DNA of 64,000 nucleotides from Octopus sinensis (Eukaryota), in NCBI RefSeq assembly GCF_006345805.1, contig NC_042999.1, positions 62,434,001-62,498,000 of the forward strand, read 5' to 3'. The position numbers and the translations under genes are program-made. Below are positions 52,560 to 64,000 of the stretch, in pieces (positions within the stretch are counted from its first letter, which is position 1; every line of letters starts with the position of its first letter). The notes under the pieces were generated by a model. The model made no database searches. It had not been told where the DNA came from and saw only the letters and a list, made by a program, of their open reading frames with translations.

Positions 52560-53830
52560 GAACCACTTGGCTGTGCTTGTATGCTTGTGTGAGGCCCTCC
52601 TCCCATCCTCTCCCATTTTCATCCATCCTCTCATCTATAGTACTACTTGTTTGCTGTACTTACCTGAGAGTATATTGGCCCTCTCCCTAATGATCTCCCC
52701 TATTCCTCATCATCCCTACCCACACTATTTTTCAACCTATCATACACTTTCTGTGTCTTCAGCTACTGCTCTCTCTCTCCCCTCTGCTATACTCCATTGT
52801 AAACACTTCTTTTATCTGCTATCATTGTCAATGCCCTCCCATATCATGACCTAACTACTATAGCCCCTTAAGGACCCCTATATCTCCTTCTCTACTGCTC
52901 CTACACCTTACACATACTTTCTTTTCTCCTTCCTGTACCACTCCTTTCTCTCCTACCATACCCCTCTTCATTCTGGTTTTTCCCATCATTTACACCTCAC
53001 CTTTGTTCATCACTTACTACATTAACCTCTTTCTCCACCTGTTTGCTTCCCCTCACACTCCTATAAAAGCATTCACACACTCATCCCTGTCATGACCCAC
53101 ACTCTGTATCCTTTCATGCTCACCTTCTTGCTCCTTCAGAGTTTGCTTTAGCACCCCATCTCTACCATCCTCTTATTTCATTCAGCCATGTATCTCCTCT
53201 TCAGCAAGACACCTGTGTTTGTCCCTCCATCATACTGTAGCCATTCAACACCTGGCATAAAGCCACCCACCTCTACCTTCCCCTCATAAATACTTCCTCT
53301 TCATAATGGTAACTTTTTTCCCTTTCCTTTTCCTCTGTTGTTTTCTGTCTTGCAAGTTACATGGAAATCTTGCTAGTCCTGGTGGCACAAAAAAACACCC
53401 AGTACACTCTGTAAAGTGGTTGGTGTTAGGAAGGGCATCCAGCCCTAAAAACCATGTTAGAGATGAGAATGGAGCTCATCTCAATCCTGCAGCTCACTGG
53501 TTTCTTGACAAACCGTCCAACCCATGCCAGCATGGAATGCAGACATTAAATGATGAGGATAACCTTTGCTGTGAAAGGAGTGAAATACCATCTTGCTTCA
53601 TAAGAATGATGATAAAGAAGATTTAAGAAACTATTAAAGTAGTACCCATGCCAACACCATGTAAGAAGCACCCAGTACACTCTGTAAAGTGGTTGTCATT
53701 AGGAAGAGCATCCAGCCATAGAAATCATGACAAACAGCAACTGGGGTCTGATGCAGCCTTCTGACTTGCCTGCTCCTGTCAAATCACCCAACCCATACCA
53801 GTATGGAAAACAGACATTAAATGATGATGT
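52560..53830 (+). mobile_element. Old RTE 3' UTR (pyrimidine-rich) with two tandem 3' tails
   Basis: Tails cacccagtacactctgtaaagtggttg...cagacattaaatgatga at about 53395-53556 and 53668-53828. Confidence 0.7.
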
Positions 53831-53879
53831 GGATAATGATGATTGACTAGTATATAAAGGAAATCCACTTCATAGAAAA

Positions 53880-54715
53880 TAAAACCTGCTAGACCCTAAC
53901 ATCAACTGGCAACTTCCACAGAAACAGTGATATTGACAGGCCCTACTTAAGGAGAGATGAAGGAGGTAGAAGTTTCATATCAGTGCAGACAACCTTCAAA
54001 TGCCATATAGTATCTCTCAGACAACACCTGCTAAGTAACAGCAGCAAAAATAAATACATAATCCAAGTGCTGAAAAGCAGAGAGGAATAACTTATGTGTT
54101 GATAGTGAGCCTCCTCAAAAAGCACTCTCTTCCTGACAACCTCTCATACAGTACCAAAACAGCTGAACAAACATACTTCCAAGATTTAGAGTACTCACCA
54201 CACCAAGAAAAGACTATGCATGGGTATGCTTCCTGAAGACTTGAATACAACAATAATATCATCATGAAGAGCAGCCTTGCTGTGACTAATGACTGCTGTA
54301 TCTCATCACACTCCAAAGGCTATATGTTTCCAGTCTAAGAGCAGGAAATTGCTACAAAATGCTTCATGAACAAAAACGACAGTAAAGCCAGTGGAGGCCC
54401 AAGGTACAACTAAAAATATTGATTATGTCACATTTCTGTGGAAGATATCGTACATGTGATAAACAGCTGCCCAAAAATGTCATTAAGGTACTATACTTCC
54501 CAATGCGATGTAATGTTGTTGCTAAAATAACATACAATGCCATCTGAAACTGGCCCCAGGAGGAATATAAAAGATCCTACTGTTATTGAATACATAAATA
54601 GACATCAACACAATGTGTATTGGTGTTACATTTCCATCAAAACTTCTATCAAATGCAAACATAACCGGTTGGATATCATTGTTTGGAATAGACAAGAAAA
54701 ACCACAATGAAAACA
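53880..54715 (+). mobile_element. Decayed R4/Dong-like (restriction-like endonuclease) non-LTR retrotransposon 3' fragment
   Basis: EQEIATK; CHISVEDIVHVINSCPKMSLRYY (CCHC knuckle remnant); KCKHNRLDIIVWNRQEK (RPD endonuclease motif). Confidence 0.7.
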
Positions 54716-55217
54716 TCCATGGAAGGTCAGAGGGGAATTCATCTAGAGTTATAATCCTTGCATATAAATCAGAATAACTTCATAGCATGAGGAATAACCT
54801 CCTGCAAGGTGAGGTTATGGCTTGGGCGCAGATGTTAAGGAGTTTATGTGTGTATAGGAGAGGAGACAGAAAGAGAGAATGGGATGGTCATCCAATCTTA
54901 ATATTATGTATGGATATGTATGTTTGTGTTTGTATTGAATAAGTTGGGTGTCATAAACATTGTGTTCAGGTTGTGATGATGATGAGAAGCAGTCTACCAG
55001 TATTCAAGCATATGTTTCCTTTCATGTTTGGAAATTTTGTTACATTTTGCAGTGTCCATGTGAAGAGGGATCTTTAGTACTTTTCCTTCCTCTGTCAGTA
55101 CCTCCTACTGCTATTGTAACATGGCTTGCACTTCTCCATTACTCTTCACTTGTTACTGTTATCCATGGCACTTTCCTTCAATGCTGATACATGCCTAGAC
55201 ATGACATTTTTTCCACT

Positions 55218-55537
55218 CATCATCATCATCATTGCTTAACGTCCGTTTTTCATGCTAGCATGGGTTGGACAGATCTACCGGGGTCTGGGAAGCCAGGAGG
55301 CTGCACTGGGCTCCAGTCTGATCTGGCAGTGTTTCTACAGCTGCATGCCCTTCCTAACGTCAACCACTCCTTGAGTGTAGTGGGTGCTTTTTATGTGCCA
55401 CCAGCACGAGTGCCAGGGGAGGCTGGCAGTGGCTACGATCAGTTGGTGTTTTTATGTACCACCAGCATGGAAGCCAGTAAAGTCGGCGCTGGCATCGGCG
55501 ACGTCGGATGGTGCTGTTTACGTGCCACCAGCACAGG
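55218..55537 (-). mobile_element. RTE 3' end (5'-truncated)
   Basis: Near-identical to 10471-10710 with a (GAT)n tail. Confidence 0.9.
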
Positions 55538-55539
55538 AT

Positions 55540-55835
55540 ATTAAAAGACTTGTTGTTAAATCTGATTCTGAAGGGACCTTCGGTTGTGCCTATATATTTC
55601 TGCACATCTGTCTATCCACTATCCACTATCCTTTGATATCTTCTTTGTGTTGCATTTGCTGTTAAGTGAACATGTAATATTGCCTCTGCATGAGCATCCT
55701 GCTCTGTCTTTGGTATAGGCCTTGTTGAAAAGCAGGGTTTTGCTGATGTGCATGATAATGCTTGTTCTCATCTTTAATCTCAGTGTAGCCCTAGCAAAAT
55801 CCAGTGCCTTATGTAACAAATTCTTCTATATAGAT
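55540..55835 (-). mobile_element. Penelope-like element remnant (RT piece fused to a GIY-YIG endonuclease piece)
   Basis: FDPSI..LLHKALDFA...IIMHISKTLLF; CSCRGNITCSLNSKC; KYIGTTEGPFRIRFNN. Confidence 0.75.
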
Positions 55836-56199
55836 GGGTCAAGGAATTATACATATATAGTGATAGAAAGTAAGTACTGAAGAAATTCAAGCAAATACCT
55901 TAGTCAGCACTCTATGTGAAAAATCTGGCTAACAGAATGTCAAGTGAGGGAGATAGGAATTTGTATAGATTAAATCTTCATATTTATTGTTTGTAAATCT
56001 GAGGATGTTCAACAATACATTGGTTGATATTGTAGAGTACAGTAGCAATCTGACTAAACAATGAAGCCAATGTTGTTACATAACTTTCTTCGGGGTTACA
56101 GTTGTTTTGAATGGCTACAGGAACTGTCTCATTGCTATACATTGGTTTGTATGCATAACTAATCAATGAAGTAGTTAACCCTCAACTATTCTCATCAGA

Positions 56200-59100
56200 C
56201 ATTAAAGTTATTATTCTTTAAGGCAACTGCAGCTCAACAGCAGACAAAGCAGAATTACTATTTAATGTGATGGATGAATGTTTCTGTCCCAACCTGTGCT
56301 TGATCCAACGAGACAGGACAAAGATATTTTGAACCAGATATCAGTAAACCATTCTAGCACCATCCATAGTATTTCAGTTGCAAAAGTTCTTCTCTTTAAC
56401 CATGATATGATATTCTGCAATCTTAGTTTCTAGCATGCCAAAGCTAAACCATTCACTTTCACCCCTACACACCCATTTGATAACATCAGTCTTCATAAAC
56501 AACAGAGCTGTCGCTGATTGACTGGTCCTTCATTCACATTTCTTCTGATATTGAAGCAGCTTGGTCAGGATTCAAGAGCTATGTTCAAAACATACTCCAA
56601 CAAAACTCAATCGTACAAATAGATGTAGGTTCCCAAGAAAGAAAAAAAAAACATCAGGGAAATCAAAAGATTTAACAAAACAATTCAACCATTTTAAATA
56701 CTTTCACCAACAGCATCCACAATTAAGAGCAATAAAAACACTTGAGTTGGGGAAATATCATCTGCAGAACAGCACGAAAATGTACATCAACAACCAAAGA
56801 ACTGCAGAGGAAAACTAAGTTCTTAAAAAATTCAAACAACTCAAAATTATGCTATTCATTTGCCAACAAACTCTCATCCATTGGTCCACTAATATTTGAT
56901 GACAGCATTTTCCACTATGATGCTAATAAAAAAAAATAGCAGAGATGTTGCAGAAACAATATTTTCTGTCTTTACCGATTTCACTGATGTTGACATGAGA
57001 TATTTCAATGAACACAACCCCCTAACATATTATCTCTGACATAACTCACTACCTCAAATATTATTGCAGCAATAAATGAAACCAAACATTATTCTGCAGC
57101 AGGCCCTGATAAGTTGCCTTCTAGTGTTGTAAATAAATTACAGACACTACCTTGCATCCCCCTGTAACCAAACTTCTGGAGAAAACTTTTAAACTCAGGC
57201 TATAACTGAAAAATTTCATATTCCAATCTGTCATCCTTGTCTTCAAAAACGGTAAGAGGTCCCTTGCAGTAAATTATTGCCCAATTTCATTCACCTCCCA
57301 TATCATCAAAGTGTTTGAAAGAGTGGCAAGATTTGGAATAATTGACTTCCTGGAAAATAACAATCTCCTAAATTCCAACCAGCATAGCTTTTGTTGCAGC
57401 AGAGAGTGTCTAATACTGCTAGCCTTTACATCACTTTGGTATCTCTAAAATTTTGAGAGAGAACTGAAACACTAACGTTAATATCTTGACTTCAGCAAAA
57501 CCTTCAACAGAGCCACTCACAAGATCCTGCTCTTAAAACTATCATTGGATAGTTTTAAGAGCAGGATCTTGTAGTTAACTGTAGGAATCTGTAGTTAACT
57601 GCTGCACTAGATCAAGTATTTTCTAGTGATCAGAACTCAAGAAGTTATGATTGATGGAATCTACTCAAGTCCATTAAAAATCACTAGCAGTGTTCCCCCA
57701 TGTACTATATTGGACCACCTTCTCTTCATAGCCTATGTGCACCTTAAGCACATCATCATCATCATCGTTTAACATCTGTTTTCTATGCTAGCATGGCTTG
57801 GATGGTTCGACCGGGGTCTGGGAAGCCAGGAGGCTGTGTCAGGCTCCAGTCTGATCTGGCAGTGTTTCTGCAGCTGGATGCCTTTCCTAACACCACCCAC
57901 TCTGTGAGTGTAGTGGGTGTTTTTTACGCACCGCCGGCACAGGGGCCAGAGGAGGCTGGCAAACGGCCACAATCAGTTGGTGCTTTTTATGTGTTACCGA
58001 CACAGATGCCAGTCAGGCGGCACTGGCATCAGCCACCTTTGGATGGTGCTTTTTACATGCTACCAGCACGGGTATCATCATCATCATCATCATCATCGTT
58101 TAGCGTCCGTTTTCCATGCTAGCATGGGTTGGACGGTTCTACTGGGGTCTGTGAAGCCAGAAGGCTTCATCAGGCCCAGTCAAATCTGGCAGTGTTTCTA
58201 CGGCTGGATGCCCTTCCTAACGCCAACCACTCCGTGAGTGTAGTGGGTGCTTTTTACGTGCCACCCGCACTGGTGCCAGACAGGGCTGGCAAACGGCCAC
58301 GAACGGATGGTGCTTTTTATGTGCCACCGGCACGAGGGCCAGGCGAGGCTGGCAATGGACACGAAACGGGGCGGTGCTGGCAATGGTCACGAAACGGAAA
58401 GTTCTCTTACATGCCACCGGCACTGGTAACACATCTGCAATTTCCATTAATCGATTTCCATTGATCGATTTCGATTCTGATCGTCACTTGCCTCAACGGG
58501 TCTTCACAAGCAGAGTTTTGACATGCCACCGGCACTGGTAGCACATCCGCAATTTCCATTGATCGATTTCGATTCTGATCCTCACTTGCCTCATCACGTC
58601 TTCACAAGTAGAGTTTTGTGTCCCAAGAAGGGAAGGTATGCATACGTAGGCTGGCTCCATCCCATGTAGAAGGCCACGGGTTATGGACTCACTTGTCCTG
58701 CCGGGTCTTCTCGCGCACAGCACACTTCCAGAGGTCTCGGTCTCTAGTCATTTCCTCAGTGAGACCTAAAGTTCGAAGGTCGTGCTTCACCACCTCGTCC
58801 CAGGTTTTCCTGGGTCTGCCTCTTCCACAGGTTCCCTCAACCACTAGGGTGTGGCACTTTTTCACACAACTATCTTCATCCATTCTCGCCACATGACCAT
58901 ACCAGCGCAAACGTCTCTCTTGCACACCACAACTGATGCTTCTTAGGTCCAGCTTTTCTCTCAAGGTACTTACACTCTGCCGAGTGTGAGTACCGGCATT
59001 ACACATCCAAGTACCGGCATTCATAACTACAATTTCCATTTGATTTTTATTTTGATGTTGGTGTTGACATACTTGACTCAATAGGTCTCCTCAAGCACAA

Positions 59101-59930
59101 TGAAGTAAAAATATTTACAGATGACTTCAAGCTCCACAAATTTATCAATGGAGAAGACTGAACAAAATACCAGTCTCATCTGCATAATGCGAGTCATTAG
59201 GTGGACAGAGACGACATGCTACTTTTCAAAAAGAATTCATTCAAACAACCATGCTCTCATTCCTTAGGAAAACCACTCATGGCATTCAATGATATGACTT
59301 TAGGAATAATCATTGACAATAATTTCAGCTGGAGTGCTCACATCAACAAAAAAGTTGATATGGCTCTCAAGATGAAACTCCCGAATCCTCAGAGGACTCT
59401 GGTTCAGAGAGCCAGATGTCATCATTCTTCTTTTCTCCTTCTTTGTGCAGTTACACAAAGAATACTGATTCCATTTTGGGTCTCTCCATACCAAACAAGG
59501 CATCACAAGAAGTGAGATGCCTCAGAAAGCAATTAAAAAAAATTAAAAGGCATGACTGATCTTGATTATTGGGATCGATTTAAAATATTGAAACAACTCT
59601 ATTCTCTCCAACACAGCCATATGTGCACTATGTGGAGAATATACTTTAATGTCAAGTTCACACTTCGTCCAAGGCTGGGATCTGATGATGTATTCTCCCA
59701 ACTCATTTCAGGCTATCCCAAAACAAATCAAAGAAGAAAAAAATCCCATCACCTTCAAATGATATCTGAACAAATTTTTCAAGGGATAGACAAGCCAACT
59801 GTGTCTGGATACATCTCAAACAACAACCCACTGCTTAAATGGGCTATGATATCACAAAACTTCACTCAAAAATGACTTAACAGATTGTATCAGATGGTGC
59901 TTTTAAGTTAGACATGGCCTGAATCAATTT
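56200..59930 (+). mobile_element. Decayed CR1-group LINE (endonuclease end plus RT), interrupted by RTE insertions at 57751-59097
   Basis: DPTRQDKDIL; SAAGPDKLP; FKNGKRSLAVNYCPISFTSHIIKVFER; NQHSF; YLDFSKTF; SSVPPCTIL (GVPQG-like). After the insertion VKIFTDDFKL, LGIIIDNNFSWSAHI and LDYWDRFK. Confidence 0.85.
57751..59097 (-). mobile_element. Cluster of young RTE LINE 3' copies (57751-58073; 58074-58985 with C-terminal ORF; 58990-59097 fragment)
   Basis: ORF LREKLDLRSISCGVQERRLRWYGHVARMDEDSCVKKC...GRGRPRKTW...DRDLWK. Two (GAT)n tails. Internal ~100-bp tandem duplication at 58409-58618. Confidence 0.92.
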
Positions 59931-59949
59931 TGGTCAAACCAGTTTTTGC

Positions 59950-60905
59950 TCTTCCTTTACACTTTACAGAGTGTACTGGATGCTTTTAACATAGCACCAG
60001 CACCAGCTGGGTCACCAATCAACTGGGGTGAGAGTAGTATTGAAGGAGGTGGATTTGTGTCAGATGATGAGAGATTAAAGTGTGATAAAGGGGTGGAAAC
60101 AGATGCTAGACCATTTGGAAAGAGAGAGAGTGAGAGAGATGGTGAAGATGTGTTGAAGTGTAGCCTCAAGTTACAGGCAATTTAATGTAAATGAAGTGGT
60201 TTGGAGGATTGGATAGGGTGAATGAACAGGTAAATTCACAAGAGTGCAGGATAATGGGAGATAAAGAGGAGAAGAATGCAATGTTGGTGAACATGAGTGA
60301 AGGAAAGGGGTTTTAGGAAGATGAGTTGTTTGGTGAGATTTGTCTGGTACAGATTGTGTGCAGGGGCATAGACATAAATGATGAGGCCTCATTTTTACTT
60401 AAAAGGATGGGTTTTCTCAAGCACAGCAAATTACCAGTCATCTTGGTCCTTTGTCATCTGCTCTGTGAGGTTCAACATCTGAAGCTCATTTTTCACCACT
60501 TAATCCTACATCTTCCTAGGTTCTTTCTTAGGTTCCCGCTTCTGCAAGTTTTCTCCATATTTAGTGACAAGCACTTCTTTATGCAGCTGTCCTCAATACA
60601 CATCACTTGACTATACCAGTGCAGTCTTCTCTCTACTTCTGATGTCTCTTATGCCCAATTTTTCTCTCAAAACATTTACATTTTGTCCTACAGGCACTCT
60701 GACATTGCACAACCAGCAGAGCATGCTAGCTTTATTTCTTTCAAGCATTTGCACATCCTCTGCATTCACAGGCCATATTTCACTACCATGTATCATTACT
60801 GTTCATACACAAGTATCATATAGTCTACCTTTCACTCTGAGGTAGAGGCCCTGTGTTACCAACAGGGGCGCTAGCTCTCTAAACTTTCCCTAGGTGGATT
60901 TTATT
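59950..60905 (-). mobile_element. Older RTE LINE 3' fragment
   Basis: MIHGSEIWPVNAEDVQMLERNKASMLCWLCNV...LREKLGIR, a homologue of the 58689-58985 ORF. Confidence 0.85.
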
Positions 60906-60924
60906 CTATATAATATATATACAT

Positions 60925-62900
60925 ATCATCATCATCTTTATCATTAATTAATGTCTTGTTCTTTGCTGCCATTGGTTGGATGGCTTGACAGTATCTGATG
61001 GAGCCAATGATTGCTTTGTACTCCCATATCTTTTTTTGGCATGGTTTTTATGGCCAGGTGCATTTCCTAAAGCCAGCCACTTTAAAGTGCATAGTGGATG
61101 CATTTTTTGTTGCAAGAGCACTAGTGAGGTCATCATGTGGATTGCAAGACTAAGATTACTTTTGACTGAATAGAGATGGGCTACAGTAGGGAGGAAGGTG
61201 GCATAATGCTAAATGAGTGGTTAAAGTTTGAAAGAAGGGGCCAGAATAGAATTTGTTTCTTGGTGTTGAGGAACTACATTGCTACTCACCCTGTGAAGGT
61301 GGTGAGGTTAAAAAGAAATACCAATAGTGATGCTCAAGTTTTGATGTGAATAGAAATGTGAGAGCACAGAACTGGAAGTCTGGGTTGGTGAAAGTTAGTC
61401 ACAGATGAGAAATGAGTGAGGAAGTGAATATAGTGGGGAACAAGTGTTCAAAGATAAATGGTATCAAGGAAAAGTTAGCAAAGTAAGCAGTTCTGCCTAC
61501 ATTTAGTTACAGAATAATACTGAGTGGTAGAGCTATCTTGAGGATAGAATTGGTTGAGGAGGACCCAGTTGTTCATATGCACACAAACACATGTTGTACT
61601 TCTAGAATCTCAATTTCACAGAGAAGGTCTTTCTCATGAAACACATTACTAGTCATCTCCTTCATGGGGTTTAAGACTCTGAGATCAGCCTTCATCACTT
61701 CATTTTATGTCTTCTTGAGTCTCTCTCTTCCACAAGTTTTAGCCACATTAAGTGATTGACACTTTTTTATGCAACTGTCCTCATCCATACACATCGCATT
61801 TTCATACCAATGCAGTCTTCTTTTCTGCACACTACATCTGATACCTGTTATGCCCAGTTTCTCAATGTATTTGTTGTTTTTCATTCATGTTCACTTGCAT
61901 TGAACATCAAATGGAGCATGCTAGCTTCATTTCTTTCCTCTCTTTTTGAGCCCTCTGACACAAGCATCATACAATTTGACCTTCACTCTGAAGGAAAAGT
62001 TTTGTTGTCTGCTGTGATAGTAGCTCTCTGACCTTCCCCAGCTGGTTCTTATGCTGACTGCTATGGTTTCAGAGCAACCACTTCTCTTGCTAATTACATC
62101 TCCAAGGAAACAAAAGCTATCAACTACTTCTATGAGCCATCCAGGCATTTAAAATAACCTATTTCTGCTCCAGTGCATCTGTCACATATGAAGCATGTGT
62201 AGGGTATAGCAGTGGCATTTATACCTACTCCTTTTCTGTATATTAAGCAAGGTCCTTTCCCTAAAGATACCAGAGTCCTATCTTCTTTCCTGCTTACTAA
62301 ATCCTTAGTCTTTAAGTTTACCTTGGGACCTCTTGATTCTAGGTTTAGCTTCCATGTTTGGTATTTCCTCTCTAATTCCACAAAAGATTCAGCTATGGAA
62401 ACCTGATTCATCAACATATAGGAGTTCCCATTGACAGCCAGCATTAAACTCTTTTGTGATAGTCTGTAGGTCTATGAGGAATAGGAAAGGAATGAGGACT
62501 GAATTTTGATAGACTTTTAGCTTCCCACTAAATTTGTCATTGAAAGTGTTGTTGACTCTCACTTAACTTACTGCAACTTTGTACACAGCTTGTACAGCTC
62601 TTACCATTGCCTCGCCAGAAAGACTGCATTTGTAATGGCTCCTCCAGACATTAAGACAAACTGTATCTCATCTGGGTCTCCTTTCTCATGGATCAGTTTT
62701 GCTAATCTCACTCCATGATTTTCATAACCTGAACTAGTAGTTTGATTCTTTTATAATTTCCTCTCTCTAAGGTTATCTCCATTGCCTTTGTAGCAGTTTT
62801 CAAAGATATAACTACACCAGTTAGTGGGTATGGCAACTTCCTACATAACCTGATTAACTATCTGGGTGGTAATCATCTATCGTTTCTCTCCAGAAATTTT
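60925..62900 (-). mobile_element. Older, internally deleted RTE LINE copy
   Basis: Tail at about 60925-61110. IAESFVELERKYQTWKLNLESRGPKVNL and EVVDSFCFLGDVIS RT remnants. Confidence 0.8.
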
Positions 62901-62966
62901 AAAAAACCTCTGCAACTATTCCTAAAAGACTTATAATATATGTGTGTATGCATGTCTATGTATGTC

Positions 62967-63004
<38 letters not shown>

Positions 63005-63005
<1 letters not shown>

Positions 63006-63328
63006 TTCTATTATAGCCAGAAATCAGTCAAAACCTTGCGGACGAATTTGGTAGATGGAAACTGAAAGAAGCCTGTTGTACGTATGGATGTGAGTTGGAG
63101 TCTCCTTGTCGTGACATTGTAGTTGTAAATGAATGCTACTGTCACACTGCAGTGTCTTACCTTCCCAATCATGTGGGAAAACAAATCTGGCCATGGAGAA
63201 ATATTGCCTTCCTTGGAAACAGATGAGGATTGGTGATTGGAAGGGCATCCAGTTATAGGAAATCTACCTCAACAAATTACTTTTGACCCATGCAAGCATA
63301 GGAAAGTGGGCATTAAAGTTAAGATGAT

Positions 63329-63330
<2 letters not shown>
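63005..63330 (+). mobile_element. 5'-truncated SINE (family of 9010-9422)
   Basis: tttggtagatggaaactgaaagaagcc...ggaagggcatccag...catgcaagcataggaaagtgggcattaaa, followed by (TA)n(TG)n(GA)n. Confidence 0.8.
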
Positions 63331-63410
<80 letters not shown>

Positions 63411-64000
63411 TATATACATACATATATATACATATATATATATATATGTGTGTGTGTGTGGTGTGTGTGTGTGTGTGTCGAGAGAGAGAGAGAGGTATAT
63501 GTATTTATATGTGTATATATATGTATTTATGTGTCTGTTTGTAAATGTAAATAGTCATATATATATAGTGTATTCATAGGTAAATGACTAACAGCCTTTG
63601 TTTCTCTTTATGGTTTCACTATTCCTTAATTATTATGTCATTAACACCTAATTGATAGGCAGATGGATAAAACTAAGAGATCTTTTTATTCCTCTTTAAT
63701 TATACTGCAAAATATATAAATATGACAATAGAAGAAATACCATTCCAGTTCTACATGTAAATTGATTATTATAATTTGTATTACATTATTTGTGGATTAT
63801 GAGTTCATTAAAATCTTCAGCTTTTATTTCTATTACAAAATCACATTTAAAATTAAGTTAACTTTTTCATATATGTAATTTATTTGTTATTTCTTAAGAG
63901 GTTCAGTTAGCCATTATTGCTGCTGCTGTTACTGCTACTACTATTACTACTACTACTAGTAGTAATATATAATGCTAGAATTTGTTTATGTTTCTTTGTA

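Overview
AT-rich animal genomic DNA, most likely a coleoid cephalopod (Octopus-type SINE families and RTE tails; inferred from repeat content). The window lies inside one + strand, large-intron gene, a RIM/unc-10 (RIMS) presynaptic active-zone scaffold. Three exons are well supported. 5871-5950 and 7618-7940 both run phase 1 to phase 0, so they look mutually exclusive. 23757-23868 (HPVTWQ...) starts the PDZ domain. No further constitutive exon was recognised in the remaining ~40 kb, but there are candidate cassette and micro-exons at 47517-47579 and 26212-26220. The introns hold tRNA-derived SINEs, RTE, CR1-like, R4-like and Penelope-like fragments, Tc1/mariner remnants, Helitron-like elements, MITEs, hairpins and long microsatellites. 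Nearly all ORFs in the supplied track are spurious or transposon remnants. Family assignments come from recalled motifs, not database searches.
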